Below are positions 38,150 through 50,521 of a DNA stretch of 64,000 nucleotides, piece by piece. The DNA lies in assembly GCF_963921235.1 (NCBI RefSeq), contig NC_086097.1, forward strand, positions 238,640,001 through 238,704,000, given 5' to 3'. The notes below the pieces were generated by a model. The model was not told where the DNA came from. It saw only the letters and a list, made by a program, of their open reading frames with translations, and searched no databases. The stretch's first letter is position 1; every line of letters starts with the position of its first letter. The translations under genes and the position numbers were made by a program. This DNA comes from Mobula hypostoma. Its lineage: Eukaryota.

Positions 38150-39780
38150 TCAGAATCAGGTTTAACATCACTAACATAGGTCATGAAATCTATTGTCTTG
38201 CAGCGAAGTACTGGGCAAGATGTAAAAAAATACAATAAATCACAATAAGAAACATATACACTGTTTATATAAATTGGAATAAATAAGTAATGCAAAAAGA
38301 AAGCAAAATAGTAAGGTACTGTTCGTGGGTTGATTCATTTTTCATTAAATAATTTGATGGCGGGGGAAAGAAGCTGTTCCTAAAATGCTGCAAGTGTCTC
38401 TTCAGGTTCTAGTACTTTCTCTCCGATGGTGGTAGTAAGGAGAGAGCATGTCCAGGGTGATGGGGGTTCTTAATGCTGGATGCTGCAGTTATGAGGTGAT
38501 GCCTTTTGAATGTGTCCTCGATGCTGGGAAGGCTAGTGCCTATGATAGAACTGGCCGAGCTTGCAACTCTTTGTAGCTTGTTGGAACCATGTCTACTTTC
38601 TGTCTGTCTGGCAACCACCTTCCTTTTGATCGCTGCCAAGAAGAAGTCTGTGAGCGGCCTCTCGCTTGCTGTGGCTGTGGGTAGGCCTCCCTGTCTCGTG
38701 TGGTGTTGTGCTGTTTCTCTGTTTTGATGAATGTTGGTGATATCGTAGGACGGTATCATGGTCTGCGTTTATGGATTGGACTACTGTGTTTATAGTCTGT
38801 AGACTTTTTCATATGGTTTATGGTTTTCATATTCTGCGTTTTTATTACCCATTCCTTTTCTGTTTTGTTGTGTGAGAGGAGCGGTTTGAGGGTTGATGTT
38901 CTGTTGTGTTCTGTTAGTTTTTTTTGTGCAGGAGAGGTTTTTTTTGGGGAGAGTGATGTTCCTGTTCCATTTTGTGTGTGTGTGTGTGTGGGGGGGGGGG
39001 CGGGGGGGGTTGATGAATGTGTTGCCATTCTTTTTTTTGTGGGGAGGGTGGGTTTGATTTTTCTCCCTGAATGACTTTCATGTTCTTTCTTTGTTTTGTG
39101 GCTATCTGGAGAAGACGAATTTCAGAATTCTATATGGATACATGCTTTGAATATAAATGAACCTTTGAACATTTTTGGATTGTATTTTGTGTTGCATGCT
39201 TATTACGAGTAATTTGTCATGTGGGTCGGGGCATGTTAGAAACAAATAAGTACAGTTACGAATTCATACTTTGTCATAGTTCAGTTTAGCCTAGTTAAGA
39301 GTGGGTGAACCATGGTGGGATACTTTTTTGTTGATCGCAAACTTTGATTAGTTATGCTAATTGGAATATTTAGGTTTTTTTATATTGTCACATCGCTAAT
39401 TTAGTTTTTTTAGTTTTATATCAATTTAAGACTGTACAGCTTTGCTGGTTTTGTAATAAAGGATTGAATGTACTTTTTTCGACCTGGAACTTAGTTCCTT
39501 TGGAAGTGCGTCATACAGTGTTAACTCCTGTACTCTGTCCCTCGGTGGTCTTGGCTTGTTTTCAAGTAACCGCTACACAGCATTTTCTGATCCTGTGCAG
39601 TGGCCCCTCCGTACCAGACGGTTGATGCACCCAGTTAGAATGTTCTCCGCGGTAGATCTGTATAAATTTGTTAGAGCCTTTGGTGACCTACCAATTCTCC
39701 TCAGTCTCCTCATGAAATATAGCTGCTGGTGTGCGTTCTTTGTAATTGCATCAATATATTGGGCCCTGGATAGACCTTCA
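38150..39780 (-). mobile_element. Rex1-like 3' fragment interrupted by a putative solo LTR (38572-39577) that itself contains another repeat 3' end (~38750-39170)
   Basis: KLQRVASSASSIIGTSLPSIEDTF (ORF 38409-38759); host resumes at 39578; TGTAGC (38572) and GCTACA (39577) are inverted termini. Confidence 0.55.
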
Positions 39781-40764
39781 AAGATTCTTTTTTCCTAGAC
39801 TTCTTCTGACATTTCAACATTAACCACTAATGTGTCCCCTATTTCATTCTCCACTTTTCACCTCTGATTTAAACTTATCTTTCTCTACTGGACTGACACT
39901 GGTTTTCAACTGACTGACAGAAACTGCTAAGAGCAATTCACTGACACAGTGCAGCACTGCATCTGCTATTTTTTTTTCAATAAAATTGCTTCACCTTGAG
40001 AGAAATCAGTCTGGAAAACAGCCTAAAGGGATATTTTCTATCAATTAGATAGCCTTTTCATTTAACCCTCAGGAAGGAACATATATTCCTGTCCTGATAC
40101 ACAAATATGAGCACAAACAACAATTCGGATCTGATAAAGCTTGAAATAATAAATCATTAGGGAAGTAGCAGTTATCTCACAATCACAGCTTACAGTTTTA
40201 GTAACAGAACAACATACAAAATTACTGAACCCTTTTTCTTTCCAAATCTGCCTTTCCTGCCAATAGTGGAGTATCTCACAACAGAGTGCTTATAATAACA
40301 GCATAACTGGCTGGAGGGGAACTGCATTTTCCCCTCATGTCAACTACAAGCTTTGCAAAGTATGACATAATTTAATGATGTAACAAACTGCTGACCAAAT
40401 ACTTTATCAAGGACTGCAGTCCTGATGAATGGCCTCAGCCCAGATCATTAAATTTTTATTCCCTTCTGTAATTCTCTTTCACTGATGCTGCCTGACCTCC
40501 AGAGTTCCTGCAGCATTTGGCATGTGTTGCTCTGAATTTCCAGCATCTGCAGAATCTCAGCGCTCATGACCAATTACCTGCCTTTCTAGACGCCATGGGC
40601 ACAGCAGATTCAGATTGATTTCTTTATCACACATATATCGAAATGTACTATGAAATGTGGTGGCATGCGTTAACATCCAACACAACCTGGGGGCAGCCAC
40701 ACATTCCAGTGCCAACATAGCAACTCCAACGTACCTGGGTCTGATGCTGTGGTCATATATCTCA

Positions 40765-41125
40765 GGTGTATAAGATGATGAGAGGCATTGATCATGTAGA
40801 TAGCCAGAGGCTTTTACCCAGGGCTGAAATGGCTAACATGAGGGGGCATAGTTTTAAGGTGCTTGGAAATAAGTACCGAGGGGATGTCAGGGGTAAGTTC
40901 TTTACTCAGAGAGTGGTGGGTGCGTGGAATGCACTGCCGGTGACGGTGGTGGAAGCGGATACAATACGGTCTTTTAACAGCCTCTTAGATAGGTACATGG
41001 AGCTTAGAAAAATAGAGGGCTTTGCACTAGGGAAATTCAAGGCAGTTTCTAGAGTGGGTTACAATGGTCGGCAGAACATTGTGAGCCAAAGGGCCTGTAA
41101 TGTGCTGGAGATTTCTATGTTCTAC
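40765..41125 (+). mobile_element. CR1 3' fragment
   Basis: YKMMRGIDHVDSQRL..FFTQRVVGAWNALP. Confidence 0.88.
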
Positions 41126-42611
41126 GTAATCCAGTCTATTTCCATTGCTCTTCTTCGAACTTACATTCTGTTGCATCAAGTGTCTCAGCAATGCACTCAC
41201 TGACTCTACCAAAACTAGAGTGGATTCTGATTAATTTTTTTTGCAAGCTGCTGTCAAGCTGGGTAAAACCAAATGAGATGAGATATTGTGTTGAGACAAT
41301 ATAGTCCATTATTACTTGTAAAGGAAAATTAAATGGCATCAAGAACTCTCTCAGAAGTTTGGGTAACATGCAAGAGGACAAACTGCTTCTATAATCATTG
41401 CTTGAATCAATACATTGATGGTCCTCCAAGAGAATGGGGTTGTACTGAAGATAATGAGAATGAAACTGGACAGGTCAGTTGAAGTGTTTTGTGGGCAAGT
41501 GTTTTGGGGACAGTGTGCTGTGGGAAGCAAATGAAGAGACTGCTAGGGTCCTGATAGGGATTTGGAAATCTGCACAGGCCAGATGGAAGGTTCCAGATGA
41601 CTGGAGGGCAGGAAATGCAACAGCTCCATTTAAAAAACAGACTGGATGTGGAGCAGTCTCAATGGGCCAAATGGCCTAATTCTGCTCCTGTGTCTTATAG
41701 AAAGGCAGTAGAAACAAACCAAGTAGTTACTTGTCTGTGTGTCTAACAATAATGGTAGGGAAGTTATTGGTGGAAACAAATTATGAGAGGCAGGATTAAT
41801 CTACACTTGAACATACGAGATTAATGACAGAGAGTCACCATGGGTGAGGTCTTGCCTGACTAACTTCACTGAGTTTTTGAAAAAGTAAGATGGTAAAATG
41901 AGTTGGTGAAGAAGGTTAGCCTGGGCACCCAGAGGAAACCCATATGATCACAGGGGGAATGTACAAACAGTGGGAATTGAACCCCGACTGGTGATGACTG
42001 GCATTGTAAAGCATTCCTCTAACCACTACACTACCACAGCAGCCCAGCAGTAAATATCAATTACTAACTGAGGAAGGAGATTAAAAAATAAAAAAAAATA
42101 CAGTATATACTTTGTCTTTAGCTTGGAAGTTCTGCATTCTATTATGTTTCTATTGCTTCCTGACCAAATGAGTGTTGAAGAGACATGGATTGCATGAAAT
42201 GTGCACCCTAATCCTTGCGCATTATTGTCTGGGAGCTTTATCCTTCAGCTGCATGCTAACAATATAGTCTCATGTGCTGAACAGATCAAGTGCAAAAGCC
42301 AACCAGCCCTTCTGTGAATTTGTTAACTTGCAATATTCAAATTAGCTCTGCTGACAACATGCTTGGCAAAAATTATACTGTGCATTCGCAAAATACAGAA
42401 ACACCTAGAGTTAAAGAATTAACATCGACATTTCCCAGGCTGACATCGAAGCTCTCTCCATCATGTTGAACATATTGTTACACTTTCCTAAAGACTTATT
42501 AAATCATGTGTTATACATGTAATAAGCTGACTTAGCATTACAATGCATTGGGCAGGTACTCATATTGCAACTATTATTTTGCTAAAATAGTTGATACCCC
42601 ATTTACTTAGT

Positions 42612-42813
42612 TTAGTGATGTTCCGCAATGGCAGGGCAAAGGTTCGGCTGACACAATTCTTTTTCGGCATCCTCTTTGGTTTGTTCAAAACCATTCACTG
42701 ACCACGTCCTCCATTTTGAATTCCTATTCAATAAGGTTATGTCATTAAATTCTGGTTCTTTTGGTACGTAAAAGTCACACCATACTTTTGGCCTACCATC
42801 TTGCAAGAAACAC
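42612..42813 (-). CDS. Candidate terminal coding exon of an unidentified host gene
   Basis: Lies in non-repetitive DNA. A CAG|G acceptor at 42816-42813 is followed by 66 open codons (CFLQDGRPKVWCDFYVPKEPEF..AEHH) and TAA. No homology recognised. Confidence 0.3.
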
Positions 42814-43310
42814 CTGATATATACATAACGATCATTATAGCTTCATTAATACGATTTTATTTTTCAATTTGAGATATTGAACTTACTGAATATTCTGCTT
42901 TACTTTCCATAGCCAGTCCACACTGTCTTTTAAGATTTAACATTTAGCAGGAGTACCTCCAGGATTCAATTGCATAAAAATCTAAAGCTTTTTTCCTTTT
43001 CATTGTTAAAAGGCTTCTTCGCCTCAGGTTGGGTGAGGCTAGAACTAGAGGTTAAGGGTGAAAGGTGAACTATTTAAGGGGAATCTTGGGGGGAGGGATA
43101 TCACAGATGAACACAGCAAAGGATGGAGATTGCTTCAGCCACTAAATCAATGATTTAAACCTGCAGGGGGACTTCTTCACATTCAGAGGGGTGGTGCGAA
43201 GGTGGAACAAGATGCAAGTGCAAGTAGTGGATATGGAAACAATTGTAACGTTGAAGTGAAATTTGGATCAGTACATGGATGAGAGAGGTATGGAGGGCCA
43301 TGGTTTCGAT

Positions 43311-43394
43311 CAGGGGCTCCCACCCTGGGTGGGGTTCACTGACTCTTTGGTTAATGGTGAAGCTCCATGGCATAAGAAAGGCTGGGAATCCTTG
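43311..43394. mobile_element. 84-bp hAT-type MITE inserted in a CR1 3' end
   Basis: TIRs CAGGGGCTCCCA and TGGGAATCCTTG; flanking 8-mers GTTTCGAT and GTTCAGAT (6/8 match). Confidence 0.72.
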
Positions 43395-44481
43395 GTTCAG
43401 ATGCAGATGGTTGAGATGAAACAGAAAACCGAGCCAGCATGGATTAGATAGGCCACCCACAAAGCATTTATATATATGTAAACACATGCTTCTTTTCAAA
43501 GCTTAGAGATTTTTTTGGAACAGCTTTCAGGACAATGAGTTACTGCGGGATTATACTCTGCAACAGTTGATAGTCTCAAGGTTCAAAGACAGCCATAGGG
43601 GAAAGAGATGTCTTTGCTAAAGATGTATGAGCAGCTGGTGCACATCACAAGTCCCAGTTATGCAACCACTGATGCCAGGTAGACATTTCTGAAAACTATT
43701 GGTAATAACTGGGGTCTCCTGTCTTGTAAAGACATTGCCCAGAAGAAGGTAATGGCAAACCACTTCTGTAGAAAAATTGCCAAAAACGATCATGGTTATG
43801 ATCACTTACATCATATGACACAGCACAAAATGACAATGATGATGAATTTGGAATGCTAATTTAAAACTGTTCTTTTTTTTACTGTGTTCCATATGGTCTC
43901 TTATTTTAAATTTATTTATTTATTTTAATGTATTTTTAAAACCCCTGTAGATAGCTTCCTCAAGACTCAGAGGGTCGTGCGAGTGTGGAACGAGCTGCCA
44001 GCGCAAGTGGTGCGTGTGAGCTTGATTTTAACATTTAAGATTAGTTAGGATAGGTACATGAATGGTAGGGGTATGGAGGACTATGGTCCAGGTGCAGGTC
44101 GATGGAAGTAGGCAGTTTAAATGGTGCAGCATGGACAAGATGGGCCGAAGGACTTGTTTCTGTGCTGTATTTTTCTATGACTTTATGACTTTAAAATGTC
44201 AAATGTTTAAAATTGTCTGTCAGATATAGAACAAAGTAACTATAATCGTGCAATTTTTATTATACTTTCTGGAGATTTCCATGATAAGTTGATACTTTTT
44301 CCCAGTTTCAGAATGTAGTTTCTGCTATTTAGACTGACAATCATTGCCCTTCTGTAATTACCCTGGGTTGAATGTCTTACTAAAGCAATTGACAGGTCTG
44401 GAATGACAATAAGGCTGGAATGCAAGGATAGCACATTCCTTCCCTGAAGGCCATCATGGAACTAATGGTGTTTCTGCAACT

Positions 44482-46240
44482 CACATCAAAGTTGCTGGTG
44501 AACGCAGCAGGCCAGGCAGCATCTGTAGGAAGAGGTGCAGTCGACGTTTCAGGCCGAGACCCTTCGTCAGGACTAACTGAAGGAAGAGTGAGTAAGGGAT
44601 TTGAAAGCTGGAGGGGGAGGGGAGATGCAAAATGATAGGAGAAGAGAGGAGGGGGAGGGATGGAGCCAAGAGCTGGACAGGTGATAGGCAGAAGGGGATA
44701 CGAGAGGATCATGGGACAGGAGGTCCGGGAAGAAAGAAAAGTGGGGGGGGACCCAGAGGATGTGCAAGGGGTATATTCAGAGGGGCAGAGGGAGAAAAAG
44801 GAGAGTGAGAGAAAGAATGTGTGCATAAAAATAAGTAACAGATGGGGTACGAGGGGGAGGTGGGGCATTAGTGGAAGTTAGAGAAGTCGATGTTCATGCC
44901 ATCAGGTTGGAGGCTACCCAGACGGAATATAAGGTGTTGCTCCTCCAACCTGAGTGTGGCTTCATCTTTACAGTAGAGGAGGCCGTGGATAGACATGTCA
45001 GAATGGGAATGGGATGTGGAATTAAAATGTGTGGCCACTGGGAGATCCTGCTTTCTCTGGCGGACAGAGCGCAGATGTTCAGCAAAGCGGTCTCCCAGTC
45101 TGTGTCAGGTCTCGCCAATATATAAAACGCCACATCGGGAGCACCGGACGCAGTATATCACCCCAGTCGACTCACAGGTGAAGTGTTGCCTCACCTGGAA
45201 GGACTGTTTGGGGCCCTGAATGGTGGTAAGGGAGGAAATGTAAGGGCATGTGTAGCACTTCTTCCGCTTACACGGATAAGTGCCAGGAGGGAGATCAGTG
45301 GGGAGGGATGGGGGGGGGACGAATGGACAAGGGAGTTGCGTAGGGAGCGATCCTTGCGGAATGCGGTGGGGGGGGAGGGAAAGATGTGCTTAGTGGTGGG
45401 ATCCCGTTGGAAGTGGCGGAAGTTACGGGGAATAATATGTTGGACCCGGAGGCTGGTGGGGTGGTAGGTGAGGACCAGGGGAACCCTATTCCTAGTGGGG
45501 TGGCGGGAGGATGGAGTGAGAGCAGATGTACGTGAAATGGGGGAGATGCGTTTAAGAGCAGAGTTGATAGTGGAGGAAGGGAAGCTCCTTTCTTTAAAAA
45601 AGGAAGACATCTTCCTCGTCCTAGAATGAAAAGCCTCATCCTGAGAGCAGATGCGGCGGAGACGGAGGAATTGCGAGAAGGGGATGGCATTTTTGCAAGA
45701 GACAGGGTGAGAAGAGGAATAGTCCAGATAGCTGTGAGAGTCAGTAGGCTTATAGTAGACATCAGTGGATAAGCTGTCTCCAGAGACAGAGACAGAAAGA
45801 TCTAGAAAGGAGAGGGAGGTGTCGGAAATGGACCAGGTAAACTTGAGGGCAGGGTGAAAGTTGGAGGCAAAGTTAATAAAGTCAACGAGTTCTGCATGCG
45901 TGCAGGAAGCAGCGCCAATGCAGTCATCGATGTAGCGAAGGAAAAGTGGGGGACAGATACCAGAATAGGCACGGAACACAGATTGTTCCACAAACCCAAC
46001 AAAAAGGCAGGCATAGCTAGGACCCATACGGGTGCCCATAGCTACACCTTTAGTTTGGAGGAAGTGGGAGGAGCCAAAGGAGAAATTATGAAGAGTAAGG
46101 ACTAATTCCACTAGACGGAGCAGAATGGTGGTAGAGGGGAACTGATTAGGTCTGAAATCCAAAAAGAAGCGTAGAGCTTTGAGACCTTCCTGATGGGGGA
46201 TGGAAGTATATAAGGACTGGACATCCATGGTGAAAATAAA
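44482..46240 (-). mobile_element. PLE left arm of the inverted composite (RT core to 3' end)
   Basis: ORF 45191-46252: FTMDVQSLYTSIPH..QTKGVAMGTRMGPSYACLF..FLRYIDDC; GIY-YIG follows after a frameshift in C runs. Confidence 0.95.
44539..44574 (-). ncRNA. Minimal type I hammerhead ribozyme motif
   Basis: Reverse complement is identical to 32697-32732. Confidence 0.8.
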
Positions 46241-47713
46241 CTTTGCCTCCAACTTTCACCATGCCCACAACTTTACCTGGACTTTGCCTCCAACTTTCAC
46301 CCTGCCCTCAAGTTTTCCTGGTCCATTTCCGACACCTCCCTCCCCTTTCTAGATCTTTCTGTCTCTGTCTCTGGAGACAGCTTATCCACTGATGTCTACT
46401 ATAAGCCTACTGACTCTCACAGCTATCTGGACTATTCCTCTTCTCACCCTGTCTCTTGCAAAAATGCCATCCCCTTCTCGCAATTCCTCCATCTCCGCCG
46501 CATCTGCTCTCAGGATGAGGCTTCTCATTCTAGGACGAGGGAGATGTCTTCCTTTTTTAAAGAAAGGGGCTTCCCTTCCTCCACTATCAACTCTGCTCTT
46601 AAACTCATCTCCCCCATTTCACGTACATCTGCTCTCACTCCATCCTCCCGCCACTCCACTAGGAATAGGGTTCCCCGGTCCTCACCTACCACCCCACCAG
46701 CCTCCGGGTCCAATGTATTATTCTCCGTAACTTCCGCCACCTCCAACAGGATCCCACCACTAAGCACATCTTTCCCTCCCCCCACCTCTGCATTCCACAG
46801 GGATCGCTCCCTACGCAACTCCCTTGTCCATTCGTCCCCCCCATCCCTCCCCACTGATCTCCCTCCTGGCACTTATCCATGTAAGCGGAAGAAGTGCTAC
46901 ACATGCCCTTACACTTCCTCCCTTAGCACCATTCAGGGCCCCAAACAGTCCTTTCAGGTGAGGCAACACTTCACCTGTGAGTCGACTGGGGTGATATACT
47001 GCATCCAGTGCTCCCGATGTGGCATTTTATATATTGGCGAGACCCGACGCAGACTGGGAGACCGCTTTGCTGAACACCTACGCTCTGTCCGCCAGAGAAA
47101 GCAGGATCTCCCAGTGGCCACACTTTTTAATTCCACATCCCATTCCCATTCTGACATGTCTATCCACGGCCTCCTCTACTGTAAAGATGAAGCCACACTC
47201 AGGTTGGAGGAACAACACCTTATATTCCGTCTGGGTAGCCTCCAACCTGATGGCATGAACATCGACTTCTCTAACTTCCGCTAATGCCCCACCTCCCCCT
47301 CGTACCCCATCTGTTACTTATTTTTATGCACACATTCTTTCTCTCACTCTCCTTTTTCTCCCTCTGTCCCTCTGAATATACCTCTTGCACATCCTCTGGG
47401 TCCCCCCCTCTTTTCTTTCTTCCCGGACCTCCTGTCCCATGATCCTCTCATATCCCCTTTTGCCTATCACCTGTCCAGCTCTTGGCTCCATCCCTCCCCC
47501 TCCTGTCTTCTCCTATCATTTTGGATCTCCCCCTCCCCCTCCAACTTTTAAATCCCTTACTCACTCTTCCTTCAGTTAGTCCTGACGAAGGGTCTCGGCC
47601 TGAAACGTCGACTGCACCTCTTCCTACAGATGCTGCCTGGCCTGCTGCGTTCACCAGCAACTTTGATGTGTGTTGCTTGAATTTCCAGCATCTGCAGAAT
47701 TCCTGTTGTTTGT
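46240..47713 (+). mobile_element. PLE right arm of the inverted composite (RT thumb, Cys linker, GIY-YIG, full 3' terminus)
   Basis: ORF 46544-47284: CKRKKCYTC..FTCESTGVIYCIQCSRCGILYIGETRRRLGDRFAEH. TSD GTGTTTCTGCAACT at 44468-44481 and 47712-47725. Confidence 0.95.
47578..47613 (+). ncRNA. Minimal type I hammerhead ribozyme motif
   Basis: Identical 36-mer; predicted cleavage after 47609. Confidence 0.8.
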
Positions 47714-48659
47714 GTTTCTGCAACTACCTGGTAGTTTCATGCTCACATTTGCTTTCCATTCCAGAAAGCATTAATTACTTCAATTTACATTCTATTGTTG
47801 CCACTGAGGGATTCAAACTCACGTCTCCAGTCTAATTGCTCCACCAGGCCTCAGGATACAAGCTTAGTAACCTAATAACAAAGCTACCATCTCCATTAGT
47901 ATTAGTGACAATGTGTAAATTTCAGCATGCGGCACAGAACAGGCTCTTCTGCCCATCATCTTGTACCAACTTTTCAGCCTTCTGGTAGCAATTTGCACGT
48001 CACAGGATAGGTACATCCCAAAGATGAAAAAATATTCTACAAGGATCAAGATGCAACTGTGGCTGACAAGAGAAGTCAAAGACAGCATTATCGCAAAAGG
48101 GAAGACATATAATATAGCAAAAATTGGGGGGAAGTTGAGGATTAGGATTAGGTTGATAGTTTCTTGATTAGTCAGGGCATCAAAGGTTACGGGGAGAAGG
48201 CAAGAAAATGGGATTGAGAGGGATAATAAATCAGTCATGATTGAATGGCAGAGCAGACCTGATGGGCTGAATGGCTTAACTCTGTTCCTATTTCTTATTG
48301 CCTTACACTAAGATTAATCTAACTCTTCTCTCCGACTTAATTCTCCATTTTTCTATCATCTATCTGCTCATCTAAGAGTTTCATATATGCCCTTAATTTA
48401 TCTGCTGCTACCACCTCCCCTGGCAGGGTGTCACATACACACACCACTCTCTGCGTGATGAACTTACCTCTGATATCACCCTGTATTTTCCTCCTATCAT
48501 GTTAAAATTATGTCCTCTTGTATTAGCTATTTCTGCCCTGGGAAAAAATCTCTGGCTATACACTCCATCTGTGCCTCTTATCATCTTATACACTCTTTCA
48601 AGTCACCACTAAGCCTCGCTCACTCCATAGAGGAAAGCTCTACTTCACTCAAACTATCT

Positions 48660-48805
48660 TCATGAGAGAAAATCTGCAGATGCTGGAAATCCATGCAACA
48701 CACACAAAATGCTGGAGGAACTCGGCAGGCCAGGGAGCGTCTATGAAAACGAGTACAGTCGACGTTTTGGGCCAAGACCCTTCATCAGGACTGGAGGGGA
48801 AAAAG
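48660..48805 (-). mobile_element. Old PLE terminus with an inactivated hammerhead
   Basis: Reverse complement reads CAGTC CTGATGA AGGGTCTTGGCCC AAAA C GTC GACTG (GAAA changed to AAAA). Confidence 0.75.
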
Positions 48806-49104
48806 AATCAATTGACCCATTTCATTCTATTTTTCGATGTTAATGTGATAACTAAATCTGAATCTCTTCTACGGGCAGCTTCAAACTGTGTTGTACAAAC
48901 AACATTTGCTTTTAACTGAAGTAACAAAGAGAGGAGAAAAACTGGTAAATATTCCAAGAGAAGAAAAGCCAAGGGGAGGAAAAAAACTCAGAGAATGGAT
49001 CCACTACGGTCAATGAGATGTTACAGTCATGAGGTTTTGTTGCAGAACTGGAATGGGTCACATGTCTTTCCTTTAATTTAAATTTTTAAAGATATTTTTA
49101 TTGA

Positions 49105-49352
49105 CTTACAGCACAGAATATGCCCTTCCAGCCCTTTCAGCTGGTTCATTTAGCAATCCCTAATTTAATCTAATCCGAATTATGGGACAATTTACAATGA
49201 CCAATTAGCCTTCCACTTAGTACGTCTTTGGATTGTGGGAGGAAACCAGAACACCCAGAGGAAACCTACATGGTCAGGAGGAGAACGTACAAATTCCTTC
49301 CAGGCAGTAATGTGAATTTTATCTGGGTTGCTGATAATGTAAAGCGTTGTGC
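49105..49352 (-). mobile_element. tRNA-SINE fragment of HE1/V-SINE type
   Basis: CTTTGGATTGTGGGAGGAAACCAGAACACCCAGAGGAAACC core; related pieces at ~41925-42045 and ~50915-51085. Confidence 0.6.
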
Positions 49353-49681
49353 AACTCTGGGGAAATTTTAAACAAATAATAAAATTGAAAATAAGTGTTA
49401 TGATAAACTCACATTTTGGATCTTGATTACATTAGACACAACTCAATTCTATGATTGGTTAAGGGTGGCACGATGGTGCAGTGGTTAGTATAAAACTATT
49501 GCAGTGCTAGCAACACAGCACCAGAATTGGAATCAGGTTTAGTATTACTGGCACATGTCGTGAAGTTTATTAGCTTTGTGCAGCTGTACAATCCAATGCA
49601 TACAAACAGAAAGAGAAAAATAACTGTGAATTACAATAAGTATATATAAATTAAATAAGTATGCAAAAAAATAGAAATAAA

Positions 49682-50521
49682 TGTAATGCCCTGGTAAGAT
49701 TTCTACTGCTAGGCTGTGAGGTATTTTTAGTAGAGCAGTTTCCCATAAAAGCAGTGTGTCCTGCTAGTAAGAGTGTTTTGGCTTCAGCTAAAGATAAGGG
49801 GCCATGTTGCCCAATTTTGGAATCTGGTGTCAGCCATTTGGGGTTGTCTTGTTACGTGCTGTAACATTCTGCCCAGTAGAACATTGGAGAGTGCTGTGCG
49901 GGAGCAGATTTCTGAAGGACAGTAGTCTGGTTTGTGTCATTTTGACGGGAGCTGTGGAGTGGGGCACAAGGTAAGATGCTGCAGAACGCCAATCAAGGAA
50001 GAGTTTCCATTGTAAGAAGTGCTTTGTGCAGATGAATGTCCCCAAGGAGGAAGGACTAGTACTCCCGAGAGAGCCAGTCTTCAAGGGAAGTTTGGGCTGT
50101 GGTGGGTGCTTTGACTCAGACCATGGGTTCCACGTGTGAGTAAAGCGATACCCCCCGGCTACTCCAGAAATGTTCTCCAACATTTATGTGCACATTGGAC
50201 TGGTTTAACTGTAATGTGCTCTTTTGTTCCTATAACGGTAAATCTGATAAATATATTTCTTTATAATTTTTTGCCTGTGTACAATCTGTTAATTTTCTGG
50301 AGAACGAAAACTTTGCATGGAGCAGTGTTTGCACAGCATTCACGACAATGAATGTTCCTTAATAGGAACATGCCAACTTTCGTGTTTGGTTGAACCCAAA
50401 TCATACCAACCCTAGACATATATTGTTTATGAAAGGTGCCCCTCACACCACAGAGTCATGTGGCTGTTAGCAGTTAGCTAACGAGCCAAGTTAGTGTATG
50501 AACTCTGGTGAGAGGGTTACG
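49682..50521. mobile_element. 840-bp solo LTR inserted in a Rex1-like 3' UTR
   Basis: Termini TGTAATGCCCT and AGGGTTACG; 4-bp TSD TAAA (49678-49681 and 50522-50525); the host repeat continues on both sides. Confidence 0.75.
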
